Assembly: GCF_036321535.1 (NCBI RefSeq)
Contig: NC_087436.1
Coordinates: 78,494,001-78,558,000, forward strand
DNA: 64,000 nt
Direction of reading: 5' to 3'
From: Camelus dromedarius
Lineage: Eukaryota
This document shows positions 39,500-52,163 of this stretch, piece by piece (position 1 is the first letter of the stretch; the number at the start of each line of letters is the position of its first letter). The position numbers and the translations under genes are program-made. The notes under the pieces were generated by a model that was not told where the DNA came from, ran no database searches, and saw nothing but the letters and a program-made list of their open reading frames with translations.

Positions 39500-39919
39500 T
39501 CTTACAGGTTGAATTGTGTCTCCCTAAAAGATATGTTAAAGTCCTAACCCCTAGGACCTGTGAATATGACCTTATTTGAAAATAGGGTCTCTACAGATGT
39601 AATCAGATTAAGATGAAATCATTAGGGTGGGTCCTAACCCAATATGACTGGTGTCCTTACAGGAGGAAAATGCCACGTGATGACAGAGATACACAGGAGA
39701 ATGCCAAGTGATGACGGAGGCAGAGATTAAGTGCTGAAGCTGCAAACCAAGGAGCACCAAGGATTATCGGCAAACCACCAGAAGCTAGGAAGAGGGCTCC
39801 CCTCCAGATTTCAGAGGGAGCGCGCCCTGCTGACACCTTGATTTCAGGCTTCCAATTTCTGTTATTTTGAGCCACCAGTTTGTGGTATTTTGTTATGGCT
39901 GCCCTTGGAAATTAATACA
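39500..39919 (+). mobile_element. Solo MLT1C-like LTR
   Basis: ggttgaattgtgtc..tgaccttatttgaaaatagggtct..ccaccagaagctaggaagagg..gtggtattttgttatggc..aataca. Confidence 0.9.
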
Positions 39920-40092
39920 ATGTCTCTGATTCTTATTGCTAATTTTCACATCAATGTGAGATTCTTGGTGGACTTTTCCTTGAAAGTACCTTGTTCATTC
40001 AATTAATGTAATAGGCATGACAAAGAACAAACCCATACAACGTGTGCAATGGGTTTAGAATTTCAATATGTGTAACAAAAGATCCCACTTGC

Positions 40093-40272
40093 AAGGGCTG
40101 CCAGATAAAATGCAGGATGCCTCATTAAATTTGAATTTCAGATCAACAGTGAATAATTTTACTTACTATAAAATACTTACTATACTTACTTACTATAAAA
40201 TTATTCACTGTTGATCTGAAACTTAAATTTAAATGGGTGTCCTTATTTTTATTTGCTAAATCTGGCAGTCTC
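40093..40272. mobile_element. MER53 palindromic hAT MITE
   Basis: Termini gggctgccaga / tctggcagtc; ttaaatttgaatttcagat; atttttatttgctaaatctggca; long inverted repeat. Confidence 0.9.
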
Positions 40273-41670
40273 AGAGATTAGTTAATATTCCACCTCATGG
40301 ATGCAAAGCGTGCTTCTGGAATATTCCATTATTTGCTGTTTGTTTCTACTCCTTGAGCCAGTGAGACAAACTACCATATACTACATACTACACAGCCTGT
40401 TCTTCCTCTCCAGTTTCAAGTAGCTCCCGTTTAATTTGTAGACACTGTTAACAATTACAGATGGATGATGATTGCTGCAGTGAGTTTGCTTTGGGTAAGC
40501 ACCATAACATCCATACAGCTTTTATAAAACGCTACACAATCAATAAAAAGAAATTAGAACCATCAATTCTACATGTAAAGATGTAATCAGCTTTCAGGGG
40601 CATTTTAAATTCTTTATTTCAACGTTGTGATCAACATAAGAATACAGGAAAGAACACAAAAGGCTTTTATTTTTTTGCTTTTCACCCACACTAAATTAAT
40701 TATTTTTCATAAAAACGTAATATATCCCTTTATGGATAACGCTGTTATTAGGAGACTTTGTAATCTGCTACTTCAATCTGATTTCTTATTCTCCCCGGAC
40801 CTCTGCTTCTTCATCTGTAAAATTAAGAAGGTAGAAGACACAATTCCAGAGCCTTTGTCAGGATTCTGGAGTTAGCCGCAGGCTTAATCAGCCTTTCTGT
40901 CTATTCCCTTTTGCCTTCCCCCCACCACCCCCACCCCCACAGATGATTCCACCTCCCATCAAAGTTCCTCTTCCCTAGAGTTGGGGAAGGCCTTCCCATG
41001 CATAACAGAAACCATAAAAGAAACAACTATCAAATTTGACTGAATACATCAAAAGACTCTATGCACAAAATTAAAAGGCAAATGACAAACTAGAAAATAT
41101 ATTTGCATTACACAATATAGAAAAGTTTCAATATGCCAAAAAAATTTGAGCAAAGGACGTAGTAGGCAATTTACACACTTAGGCACACCTGCATACTATA
41201 CATGTATGTGTGTCTGCATACACATATATATGTAGACATAAAGAGAGATCATAAACACATAAAAATGTATTTCCTCCATTGGTAATTAAAGAAATATGAG
41301 CTAAGGAAAGAAAGCATTATCTTGCTTATCAAATTGTCAAAATTCTTTTAAAAAAATGACCCAATGTTAGAAAAGTGCATTCTCATAGCCCACTGGCAAC
41401 TGTATAAGGTAATACAATCATTTTAGAAATCAATTTAGTAATTCATGTCAAAGGCCTTAAAATCTACCAACGTTTTAATTCAGCAATTACAACTTCTGGG
41501 GATTGTTTTCAAAAATTTACCTGAAGATCCCATTCACTATGTCACCAACAACAGCAATAATTTAGAAACAACAGCAATAATTTAGAAACAACTTAAATTT
41601 AGGTCTGAGTCAATAAATTATGATACAAACATATGGTGAGGTACCATGTAGTTATTTTAAAGTACATGGT

Positions 41671-41796
41671 TTTATAAATAAGTTCATTTGTCTTTTTTTA
41701 GATTCCACATATGTATGTATACGTATGACTGAAACATTATGCTGTACACCAGAAACTGACACAACATTGTAAACTGACTGTACTTCAATAAAAAAA
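41671..41796 (+). mobile_element. 126-bp LINE-1 with 5' inversion (camelid-type)
   Basis: 41671-41712 is reverse-complement L1 3'UTR (atatgtggaatctaaaaaaagacaaatgaacttatt); 41713-41796 is the direct 3' tip plus poly(A); perfect TSD aaagtacatggt. Confidence 0.88.
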
Positions 41797-41810
41797 AAAG
41801 TACATGGTAG

Positions 41811-42049
41811 GAGAGGGAGGGAGGGAGAGATGAACTAGGAGTATGGGATTAACAGATACAAACTACTATACATAAAATAGATAAGCAACAAGAATTTACT
41901 TATAGCACAGGAACTATAGTCAGTATCTTGTAATAATCTATAATGAAATATAATCTGAAAATAACCGAATCACTTTACTGTACACCTGAAACTAACACAA
42001 TGCTGTAAATCAACTATACCTTAATTTTTTTAATAAATAAATAAAAATA
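41811..42049 (+). mobile_element. 5'-truncated LINE-1 (cetartiodactyl-type)
   Basis: gggattaacagatacaaactact..ctgtacacctgaaactaacaca; TSD aaagtacatggtag / aaagcacatgctag. Confidence 0.88.
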
Positions 42050-42734
42050 AAAGCACATGCTAGAAGAGCACTTAAAGACATGAAATATGTTCAAAATATA
42101 TTAAGACTATTTTAAAGCAACTTACGAACACTATGATCCCACCGTTCTCAAAGAAAATATGTACACATAAATGTATAACCCTACATAAAAGACTAGAAGG
42201 ATATACAAAAATTAATAATAGTAATAGTAATTATTTCTAGACAGTAGGATTAAAAGCTTTTTTCCTCCCTTCTACTCTCAAAGTTTTCTACAATGATTAT
42301 GTACTACTTTTCATGTTAAGGAAAGAAATAACAAATATTTAATATTTTAATTCATCTATCCTGTCTTAAAACCTGCCCTTTATTGGGCTGCCATAAATTA
42401 ATAAATCATGCCTATTAATTTGCTGGTTTGTAAAATAAAGTTTTAACCTAGTGAACTAGTTGAGAACACTGGATTGCAAGAAGTAGAAATTCCAATTTGG
42501 ACTAGATTAAGCCAAAAGAGGAACTATAAAAAGCAGGGTCCTATAAGAATAGGGCAGATCCTGTAATAAACAATGTGACTGAAATCACAGAGAATGACAG
42601 TTTCCAAAAGAAAGAAGAACAATTCCAGAAAAAGAGAAGGCGTGCCTGGAAAAAAATATAACATACATCCACCATACTAGTCAAAGCACAGATGTCTTCA
42701 GTAGGCCGTGGAGTAACTTCTCTGGTGAACTTTC

Positions 42735-43160
42735 AGTCTGTTCAGATTGGGTACCCAAATAGAGTCTGTCTGAAGTGAAGAGTTGTGTGCAGGGGGCTAA
42801 CTGGGGAGTGTTCTCAGGAGATATTTCACCTTTAAGGATGTGAAGAAGGCAGCACTAGGCAGAGAGGGGCTGACTGCAATGCAGTTGCCACTGAGACCTC
42901 AGCCAGTCCTCCAGAGAGCTCTGGAGCTGCAATGACCCTTCAGAGTTGCTCCTGATTGAGGCAAGGGGGTAGGCTTTTGTACACCCACACCAGCCAAGAG
43001 CAGGCAGACCCCTGGGCAAGACAGATCCCCACAGCAGAGATGCAATCACAGGGAAGGACAAAGCTGTGAGCCTTTGGCAGCCCATATGCCCAGCAGCCGG
43101 GGTCTGGGTGTGCCAGCCCTGAAGAGGGGCTGAGGGTGGGCACCGCAGAATGTCAGTGGG
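42735..43160 (-). mobile_element. ERVL LTR (LTR16C-like)
   Basis: cctcagccagtcctccagagagctctggagctg..cccttcagagttg..gaggcaagggg. Confidence 0.75.
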
Positions 43161-43482
43161 GTGGAGCAGAGGTAAGCTCACCCCACTTCCTTTCCAAAAG
43201 CATAGTAATCATAAATTGTTAATATTTCAAAGGTATAGCTATACTCAAAAATAAAATGAGCATATCTGAGACCCAGAAAAAGAAAATCTAGTGACAAGCA
43301 AGGGCTGAAGACACAGACCTACTGGGCTCTGGGATCAGAAACAGGCAACGCTGACTACAGCATGGGGCTTCAGGGAACAAAGTCTGAAATCCAGGAGATG
43401 GTGCCTCCGAGTACTACCCTGTCCACTGATAAAAATTAACAGTATACTCAGGTCAACCAAAGGCTCACTCTCAACAGGAGTG

Positions 43483-44030
43483 GATGTTTGGGTCACCCAT
43501 CAGCAAATCACGACCACTGAGGTGCTGGCTGAGAGCAAAGGGAACATGGGAAAAAGAAGTTATAAATACCGGCTCTCATCTTATAGTCAGGTACATAAAT
43601 GAGGATTGTAGTAGCTATATATTTTTTCCTTACTTTTTCATCTATACATTTTTCCATTCACGTTTTCCTTATTTTATACTAGGTATGCTAGATGTAATGA
43701 ACTTTATAATGTAGTTTTAGGTTATAGGATATCAAGTTGGGATTGTGACTGAATTAAAAGAGGTTTGAACATCACTCAGAACCAAAGACAAAAGTGTGTC
43801 CTGACCAAGGATGATGATCAGTACAGTTCTGTAAACTTGGTCCAATAAAGGGGAGCAGAGAACATCCCCGAAAATGGAGTGCATTGACTGCTAGGATGCT
43901 AGTTCTCCCTTAACTGGAGAGAGAGCGTGTTTCCATTGGACTGAGACACAGCTGTGTCACCTTAGAAAGGAGCATGTTATTGCCATTGGCTGAAAATTTA
44001 AATATGGGTAGAAGTGTGTAAATAAAAGCT
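43483..44030 (+). mobile_element. ERV-L internal 3' remnant
   Basis: Translates VWVTHQQITTTEVLAESKGNM..YKYRL..Q..K*GL*, like the ERV-L Pol C-terminus, followed by the non-coding tail. Confidence 0.75.
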
Positions 44031-44619
44031 AGCTGTATAACATTCCATTAAATGGACAGACCACCATTTACGCCATTCTTCCACCATTGCAAATTAGAAT
44101 TGAAGTTAGTTCCCAGTCGTTGCCATTACAAATTATGTAGTGATAACACTTTCCAAGTTTTGTTATTTTTCATTTAACAGAGTTACAGAGCCGGCATCCA
44201 AGGTCTTACTGCCTGGCCATTGATTTTCCTGACTCCTCATGCTAAAATCTTCATACTCAGTAGAGGGGAGAGAGAAAGAGGGATTCCTTCCCAGGGCGGG
44301 CAGGGCTGTGGAGAAGGGGAGGAGGTACTCTAATTTACTCATTCAGCGACCTTTAGGAGAAACTACTGAATGCTGTGCCCCACTACGGTTTCTTTCAAAA
44401 CCAAATTTTAGCGCTCTTCTAGAAAGTATGTAGGATTTCATGGCACACCTTTTGTGTATTAACATCAGTCTTCATCCCATCTTTCTTTCCCACCCTTTTT
44501 TTCTTTAATGCTGCATCATTTTTTACCTATTTCAAATTTCTTTAATCATTCTGTATTGTATCTAAACTTCCTGGGACAAAAGAGAAAAAGTGAATTAAGA
44601 GTACATCTGCACACTGATG

Positions 44620-45690
44620 ACGCAGTTAGCAGAATGCCCAATGGAGAGTGATTTCAACAATAAAGATACACACATAATCCTTTCAAGTAATAAGTCTGAA
44701 GACATACAGTTCAAAAATTGGTCCAGCAGCTCAGTGATGTCATCATGACCCAGGCTTTTTCCATCCTTCTGCTCTGATATTCTCAACACATTGGATTTTC
44801 ATCCTATGGTTGGTTGTCTCATGGTGGTAAAATGGCTACAGCAACTCCACATATCCAGTCCTCATACCACAGTGCATAACACCAGAAGAGAAAAAAAAAT
44901 GACCTCCTCATACAAATCTCTCTAACAGACGACCGGATAAAGATGTGCCATATATATATATACATACACACACACATATATACACAATAGCATACTACTC
45001 AGCCATAAAAAAGAATAAAATAATGCCATTTGCAGCAACATGGATGTACCTAGAGATTATTATACTAAGTGAAGTAAGTCAGACAAAAAAAGACAAATAT
45101 CATACGATCTCAGTTATATGTGGAGTCTAAATAAAATGATACAAATCTTATTTACAAACCAAAAATAGACTCATGGACACAAAAAACAAACTATGGCTAC
45201 CAAAGGGAAAGGGCAGGAGAGGGGTAAATTAGAAGTTTGGGATTAGTAAATACACCTTACTATATATAAACAGATAAACAACAAGGACCTACTGTATAGC
45301 ACAAGGAAGTATATTCAATTTCTTATAATAATATATAATGCAAAAGAATCTGAAGTATATATATATTTAAGTATGTATATGTATAACTGAATTGCTTTGC
45401 TGTACACCTGAAACTAACATTGCATATCAACTGCACTTCAATAAAAAGCAAATTTTTAAAAAATAAAATAATTCATCCAGAAAAAAAAAATCTCTCTAAC
45501 AGGGAGAAATCTTCCTCAACTGCACCCCAGCAGACTTCTCTTATATCTCATTGACTAGAACTGGATCACATTGATACCATTAGCTGCAGATAGAGTAAGA
45601 AAATGAGAATCTGACATTTTTAGCTTTATTCTAGAAGGGAAGAGGTAGTAGAAAATACATATTGAGTAGACAACCAAGTGATGGCTACAG
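44620..45690 (-). mobile_element. MLT1-type LTR split by an L1
   Basis: cagcagctcagtgatgtcatc..aaaatggctacagcaactcca [L1] ccccagcagacttctcttatatctcattg. Confidence 0.75.
44929..45487 (+). mobile_element. 5'-truncated LINE-1 (cetartiodactyl-type)
   Basis: ORF text YYSAIKKNKIMPFAATWMYLEIIILSEVSQ (ORF2 C-terminus); perfect 15-bp TSD aaatctctctaacag (44914-44928 and 45488-45502). Confidence 0.93.
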
Positions 45691-46184
45691 ACACAGGATG
45701 TGTGGATGGGGCTAGTGGTGAGTAAGCAGAGAGGTGGATACATGTTCACACACCTACATAAGCCTTTTTTAAACTTTGAGGCCCAAATTTTTGCCTTCCA
45801 GGTTTCTCTCGACGTATCCCAACGTATGGCTCACGACACTCCAACACATTCTGTCTCCTTTTCCTTGCTCTCAATCCTGTCTCTTTCACACACAAGATCC
45901 CTCCAATAAACCTCCTGAAAGATGATTTCTAATATTTTCATTTCAACGTTGTCAGTGATGCAATATCTAAATCGTTCTTTGTTTGGAAGGGCTGACATTA
46001 GCCAGACATATTTACAACATTTCTTCTCTAGGTGATATGCCCTTCCGCTTAATAACTACCCAACCTGTCTGGAAGTCTCATGAGTCACTATGAATAAGTT
46101 ACCACATGTAATTCAGTAATTCAGGGGGGAAAAAGCTCCAAGAAGAATCTTATATTTAAATAGAATTATAAAACACCTATTTAT

Positions 46185-46560
46185 GAATATATAATACTCC
46201 ACTATCTACTAAACACTCTCATATTCATTGTCTTGTTAATCCTCACCATGACCTTGTAAGGTTAGTATCATTATTAGCATTTTACAAATGAAAAAACAAC
46301 TGCTCATTAGAATTAAGTGACCTTGGGTGGGGAGGGTATAGCTCAGTGGTAGAGTGTGTGCTTAGCATGCACGAGGTCCTGGGTTAAATCCCCAGTATCT
46401 CCATTAATAATTTTTTAATAAAAAATAAAATAAATAAATCTAATTACCTCCCCTCCAAAAAAGAAATCATTAAAAAAAAATTAAGTGAACTTGGTCACAG
46501 ACAATAAGTGACAGACCAGGACTTTGACTCATTTATCAAGACATTATACCAATTACTTTT
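46185..46560 (-). mobile_element. MIR split by a SINE
   Basis: cattttacaaatgaaaaa..ttaagtgac [SINE] ttggtcacag..agaccaggactttga. Confidence 0.7.
46327..46478 (+). mobile_element. Vic-1-like SINE, long-tail form
   Basis: gggagggtatagctcagtggtagagtg..gaggtcctgggttaaatcccc; TSD aattaagtgaccttgg / aattaagtgaacttgg. Confidence 0.92.
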
Positions 46561-49144
46561 AGGTTCTAAACAAGTAGGAAAGAATCCAGTAATTTCTCAT
46601 ATTTTACTATATGACTGCATTTTTAAGAATTGTGAGACTTTAGACATGTCATTGTCCTTAGTATTTTGTTCTGTAAAGTTAAGAGCCTTAAACAGAGTAA
46701 AGGTCCCTAAGTGTGTAGAAAAGATGATCTAGTAAATCTCTGCACCTTACCCGGGTAATAACCAAACAGTTAGCATTAGCATTGCCACAATCCTTTGTCT
46801 TCCAAACCGTAAGCCCAACATGGTTTTACTCTTTCATATATTCACTCAGAAAACATTTATGAACCAACTGCCATGGGCCAGAAATTTTCAAGTGAAAAGA
46901 TACAGCAACAGAAACAGAGTTCTTCCCTAATCCCTGGGTGATCACTGTCAGTAAATTTATACCCCTGCCCAGATTATCAAAATTTTATGGAAAGATTAAA
47001 AGTGGTCAGCTTCTGAAGTTTCTTTGTGTTCTAAGAGGCTGTGAATCTATGACTTCAGACATGAGAAATCAAATTAAGAGAGTAACTATAAGAAAAAGGG
47101 ACCTCTAGGGAGAGAAATAATCATTGAAAGGAAAAGACCAAAGCCAAGCCAGACACAACAGTTCAGTCTCTTCTCATTAACATTTCCTCAAATAACACAC
47201 AGCATCTGGCTGGGGTCCGTATAGAACCAGCACTTCCAAAGACCCAAACGTGGCCCCACCAAGTCAGCCGTGTCTCTGCACAGGCCCACTGTGCCCACTG
47301 TGCCTTGCTCATGAGATTACTTCCAGAGCTTGATGGTCAGATCACAGTTTGTACTACAGGACTCACCTGGGACCCTGAGTGTAGCCCTACACTGTGCCTT
47401 TGAAATCCCAGATTTTCTAGTGGCTAAGATGGGTGGTGATGGATGTTTATGACTCCAGAGGGCCACTGTGAAGATTAATGACTTATGTTTTGCAAAGTGT
47501 TTTTAAATCCCCAGATGAGATGTGTTCATACAGCTGGCTGCTGCATGATTAGCATTTGCTTGCTTTAAATTGGTTACTGCCGCCATATTTCAAGACCCCA
47601 AAAAAGACCCAGATTAAAGACAATGCCCAGGAGTCCACTGATGACTTTTAGATTGCACCTCCCCAGAGGCTGATGAGCTGACAGAGATAGAACACTGCTA
47701 TTCAGCACCACCTTTATAGAGACACATTGCATCTTTACTTTCAGATGTGGGATCAAGAGCATAAAAGTCACATTTGAACCAACATCTGATGTCTCCCTTG
47801 AGGCCATGCCGCAGACTGCCACCGCACTGCTCTGGTTCTGGAACATTTCCAGGCTAACAGCAAAATGATTTCTTATGGGACTATCAGAGGGGGAAAGACT
47901 GAGTGGAGATTTATTTTGCTATTTAGAAAAATAATTAGTAAGTAAGTTTGAGTGATAATCACAGACCAAACTGATTTAACGTGTGGCTTCTAATGATGTG
48001 TAAATTCATTAGAAACTATATTTACAGTCTGATTACCCTTAGTAAAACGAGAGCAAAGGCCACTTTTGGAATTGTTGTCTGTTTCAAGACTTTTTTTTTT
48101 TTGGTCGGCAATTTAAACAACATGCTTTAAAAGATAAAAATAAACTGCACTGACCCAATAGAGAGAAAATAAAATTACTGTATTGGTTTTCCCCTGTGAA
48201 GCATATTCCCTGGCCTTTCCATTTTTTTTGAAGAATATTAAAAGCATCAAAATGAGCAAGACATGTAACTACATGACCCATACACAATTCTCAAAGGTTT
48301 CTGTAACACCACTGGAACAGATCTGGAAGCCAACCTTGAAGTAGTTAGTTACTAGTGCAGTGAAAATCTACATTTGAAAAGTTCTAATGGCTTGTGGAAT
48401 TCGAATTTTCACAAAAAGAAAGATAGAGTAAACCCTTGTCCTATAGTTAAATTAGATTTTATATGAATAGCTAGTAATAATGCATGAAGTAGTCACATGA
48501 ATATTATCAAATATTATTGACTGTGTGCACCAAATGTAGAGGTGCATTAGGGAAAATGCTGACTTCATTGTGGCTTATTCTGAATTTTCAATTTTGTTAT
48601 TTGGTTAAGGACTAAATGGCTCGAGGAATAACAGTAAGAACTATAGCCTTTACTTCCAGGTTTCTCTCAGCAGTCATCACTGAGTCTGTACTGAAAAAGA
48701 AAAACTTCTAAGGCCACCCTTTGGCAACATCTCCCTATCTCCTTGAATAAATTTCACAAGTGCCTAGAATATTGAGTGGTTTGTCCTCAATAAGTAATTC
48801 AAAGAATATCTTTCTTTTTTTGAGGTAAAAAGGAACCAGCAATTATCTGCCACTTAGTGATACTGTCACCATTCAGAAGGAGACACATTCACCCAGACAC
48901 AGAGGCCCAGAGAGTGAGGGACAGGGCTACACCTGCTAGAATTTCCATCTCACTTTCTATTCCCAATTACGGTGCTGGTCTGTAAAATAGCTAGGTGCCA
49001 TGGGAATGACAGATGGGACCAGAGTAATCCAGTCAGCATACAGATAGTCTTAACTAAGAGAGTGACTATTAGGAGCCTAGTGCTGGGGCTTTGATACCTA
49101 AGAACCAACTTGCTACTAGCCTAGAAGCCCTCAAAAATGGCCAA

Positions 49145-49380
49145 ATAATGACAGCTATCACCATTTCCTTGAGTGTCTACTATATGACAGACACCCTGCA
49201 AACATTATTATCAATATTCATAACAACTCCACAAAATCAGAATGATTATTTCCATTTTACAGATGAAAAAATCAAAGGCCAAGAAAGTCATTAGCCCAAG
49301 TTCACATAGTATGGCGCAGAAAAAGTATAGTTCAACCACAGGCTACTGGGACATCCAAGTCCACGTACCAGACTTCCTCA
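49145..49380 (-). mobile_element. MIR
   Basis: ccattttacagatgaaaaaatcaaaggc..gcccaagttcacatag. Confidence 0.75.
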
Positions 49381-49668
49381 CAAACCCAACTAACCTGCAT
49401 TGCAGAGCGGCAAACATATCTTTACGCATCTTGGGTATTTAAATACTTGGCTCTGTGTTACATGAACAATCTTTAGAAACAAAGACACAGGAATCACATT
49501 AATGGTCACAATATTTTACACAGCACTTATTGAGAGCTATCATCTGAGAAATTATTTTTGTGTCACTTTCCAGGTGTGACAGTCTGCATGAAACAACCGA
49601 GAAGATCAAGAGTAATATACTTAAACCAATCATGGCAAAGGATACTGGATCATCAGAACTGGCTTAGA

Positions 49669-49845
49669 TGAGTGATTCTCAGAGTATGGTCCTTGGACCA
49701 TCAGCATCAGCATCACCTCAAAACTTCACAGGAATGCCCCACCCAGACCTACTGGATCAGATACTCTGGGGGTGGGGCTCAGCAGTCAGAGTTTGAACAA
49801 GCCCCCCAGGTGAAGGTGACGCATGCTAAAGTCTGAGAACACCGA
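49669..49845 (+). mobile_element. MER5A hAT MITE
   Basis: cagcatcagcatcacct..cccagacctactggatcagatactctgggggtgggg..aaagtctgagaac. Confidence 0.85.
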
Positions 49846-50469
49846 CTTAGGCTTTGATGATTCTGATTCGACCTCTGAAGCTGGGGTATGATCACATCCC
49901 TGAGGACACAGGATGGAAAGTGAACACCTAAACAAATCTGGGGCTCTAACAGCAAGAAAGATGTCTACCAGAGTCTCCGTGTGAAATGCTTCGGGGGAAC
50001 AGAGGAGGGTTAGAGGCCTCAAGGGAAGTGACATGTGACTCAGCCAGGATGGGAGAGTTTCACTGGGCCAAAAAGGGCATTTTTAAAAGTGAAAACAAAT
50101 TGAGAGAAGGAAGTCTCAATAGTTCCCTTAGCCCAGAGCCACTGAACTGATTGGGATTCATTCATTGGAGATGATATAAAAATTCATTTCCCCAAATGTC
50201 AATCTAATATATACAAAAACCCTCAACTCCTTCTTTTTCAATTATAAATAGGCCTAAAGGGGAATTGTAATTTTAAAGGACCTCAATGTGAACAAAGTAA
50301 CTAAGTCCCCTGAGGTTATTTTTCATATTTAGATTAACTTAGTGAGACTTTATACTACCCACATCATAGTTCCTCTGTACAACTACATTATCATCACTGC
50401 TTCTCTCAAATGGCCAGTGCAAATTTTAATAACAATATCTGGGGTCATATTTTTAACTACTGCTTTGGG

Positions 50470-51690
50470 GTTTTCTAATATGAACAAGAAATGTGATCAA
50501 CAAGTAAGTTACAGACAAGTAATAGACTAGGGGGTATTTCTAATGCATAGAATAGGAAAGAAGTTAATATTCATAATACATAAAGAGCTCTTACCAATAA
50601 AATAGAAAAACAACTCAATAGAAGAATGAGGAAAGAAAGCAAACAGGTCATTCAGTCATTCATTCGTTCAATAACTATTCTTTTTTTTTTCAGTTTCAGT
50701 ATCATTTGCATCCTGGCTCCACCCTTTCTAGTTGTGTGACCTTGAGTAGCTTATTTAACCTGTGATTCAGTTTTCCCACCAGCCATAGGCAGACAATAAT
50801 AGTATCTACTTCATAGGCTCTTTTCAAGTATTAAAATATATGTAGATTACAAGAAAGCTCAGAGAATGCTAGATATTGCTATTATGTTACATACGATAAG
50901 ACAAGCACTCTACTAGGCACTAGCAATTCTCAAAAGAAGGTAAATAAATGGCAAAAAATAATAAAAGATGCTTACTATCAAAGATATGCACAGGTTTGTG
51001 GGGAAATGGCATTCTCACACTTTGTCAGTGTAAACTGTGGGCAAAGATTGTGAAGCAGATGGCAAGTATCAACTTTAAACACACATGCCCTTTGATGTCA
51101 GAATTCTACCGCCAGGAATTTACCTGAGGGTACCCACAAAAGCATGAAAATGTTCATCACAACATTTTTAAAATGGAACAAAAATCCTAAATTGGAAATA
51201 TCCTAAATATCCATAATGGGGACTTATTTAAAGAAACATGATACATTTAAATAATTTTTAAAATCCATTAAAAATAATAATAGGTGTGTACGTACTGATA
51301 TGAAAACATCTTTAAGACATATTTAAGTTTTTCAAGAGTGTAATTTAATTTTCTGTGAACATCTTAAAAAGATTTACACATATATTGCATAAGCATGAAA
51401 ATGTTCTGAGAAAATAACTTGGTCACCTTGTGATGAAGAACTAGAGATCAGAGGTGACTGGTGCTAACTGAAATGCATTGTGGCAATCAATTCACAATGG
51501 ATGCATATATCAAATCATTATGTTGTATACCTTGGACTAATACAATGTTATATGTCAATTATATCTAAATAAAGCTGGAAAAAAAGAAGCAGAGATCAGG
51601 GATGGGAGAAGACTTTTATTTTAAATTTTCCTTCTTATATTTTTGGAATAGATATTATGATTTTTCATGAGATTATGAATTATATTTTTT
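50470..51690 (+). mobile_element. Degraded L1ME-like region with nested L2/MIR (~50650-50920) and an L1 3' tip (~51430-51590)
   Basis: taaagagctcttacc..caactcaatagaag; tagttgtgtgaccttgag (MIR); gtcaattatatctaaataaagctgg. Confidence 0.6.
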
Positions 51691-51699
51691 CCAATTTTT

Positions 51700-52163
51700 T
51701 CAGTATGTTTTAAAACCTAGTTTTTAAAAAAAGAGTAAGTATTTATCATTTCACAGAGTTTCTAAAGGTCCGAAATCAAGAATAGCTTCCTGAGGTGGTT
51801 CTAGCTCAGGGCCTCTCATGAAGTTGCAGTCAAGATGTGGGCAGGGGATAGGGGACCTGATCGCAAGGTCACTGACATATCTCTTGGCCAGAGGCCTCAA
51901 TTCTTCCCTCAGTGGACCTCTCCAAAGCCCTTCTCACAGTATGGCCGCTGGCTTCCCCAGAGCAAGTGACCCAAGAGGGAACCAGAGAACAAGCAGGAAG
52001 CTGCAGTCCTTTTTATGACATAGCTCTGAAATCACACACCACTTCTGCTTTATTCTAATTCATTAGCAGTGAAGCGGCCCACATTCATGGGGAGGGGAAA
52101 TAGCCCCCCCCCACCTTGAAAGGAGGAGTATTAATGAATTTGAGACATTTCAAAACCACAACA
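51700..52163 (-). mobile_element. MLT1F-like LTR
   Basis: gtggttctagctcagggcctctcatgaagttgcagtcaag..ggcttccccagagcaagtga..aaaaccacaaca. Confidence 0.8.

Larger units (their letters stand above)
41005..42340 (+). mobile_element. L1ME-like fragments hosting two younger L1s
   Basis: aaattaaaaggcaaatgacaaactagaaaatatatttgca; cagcaattacaacttctgggg. Confidence 0.65.

Noticed and set aside
46327..46405. tRNA genes (also at 18033, 35272 and 59522)
   Set aside because: A/B boxes are present, but the A-rich tails, TSDs and poor acceptor stems show these are SINEs.
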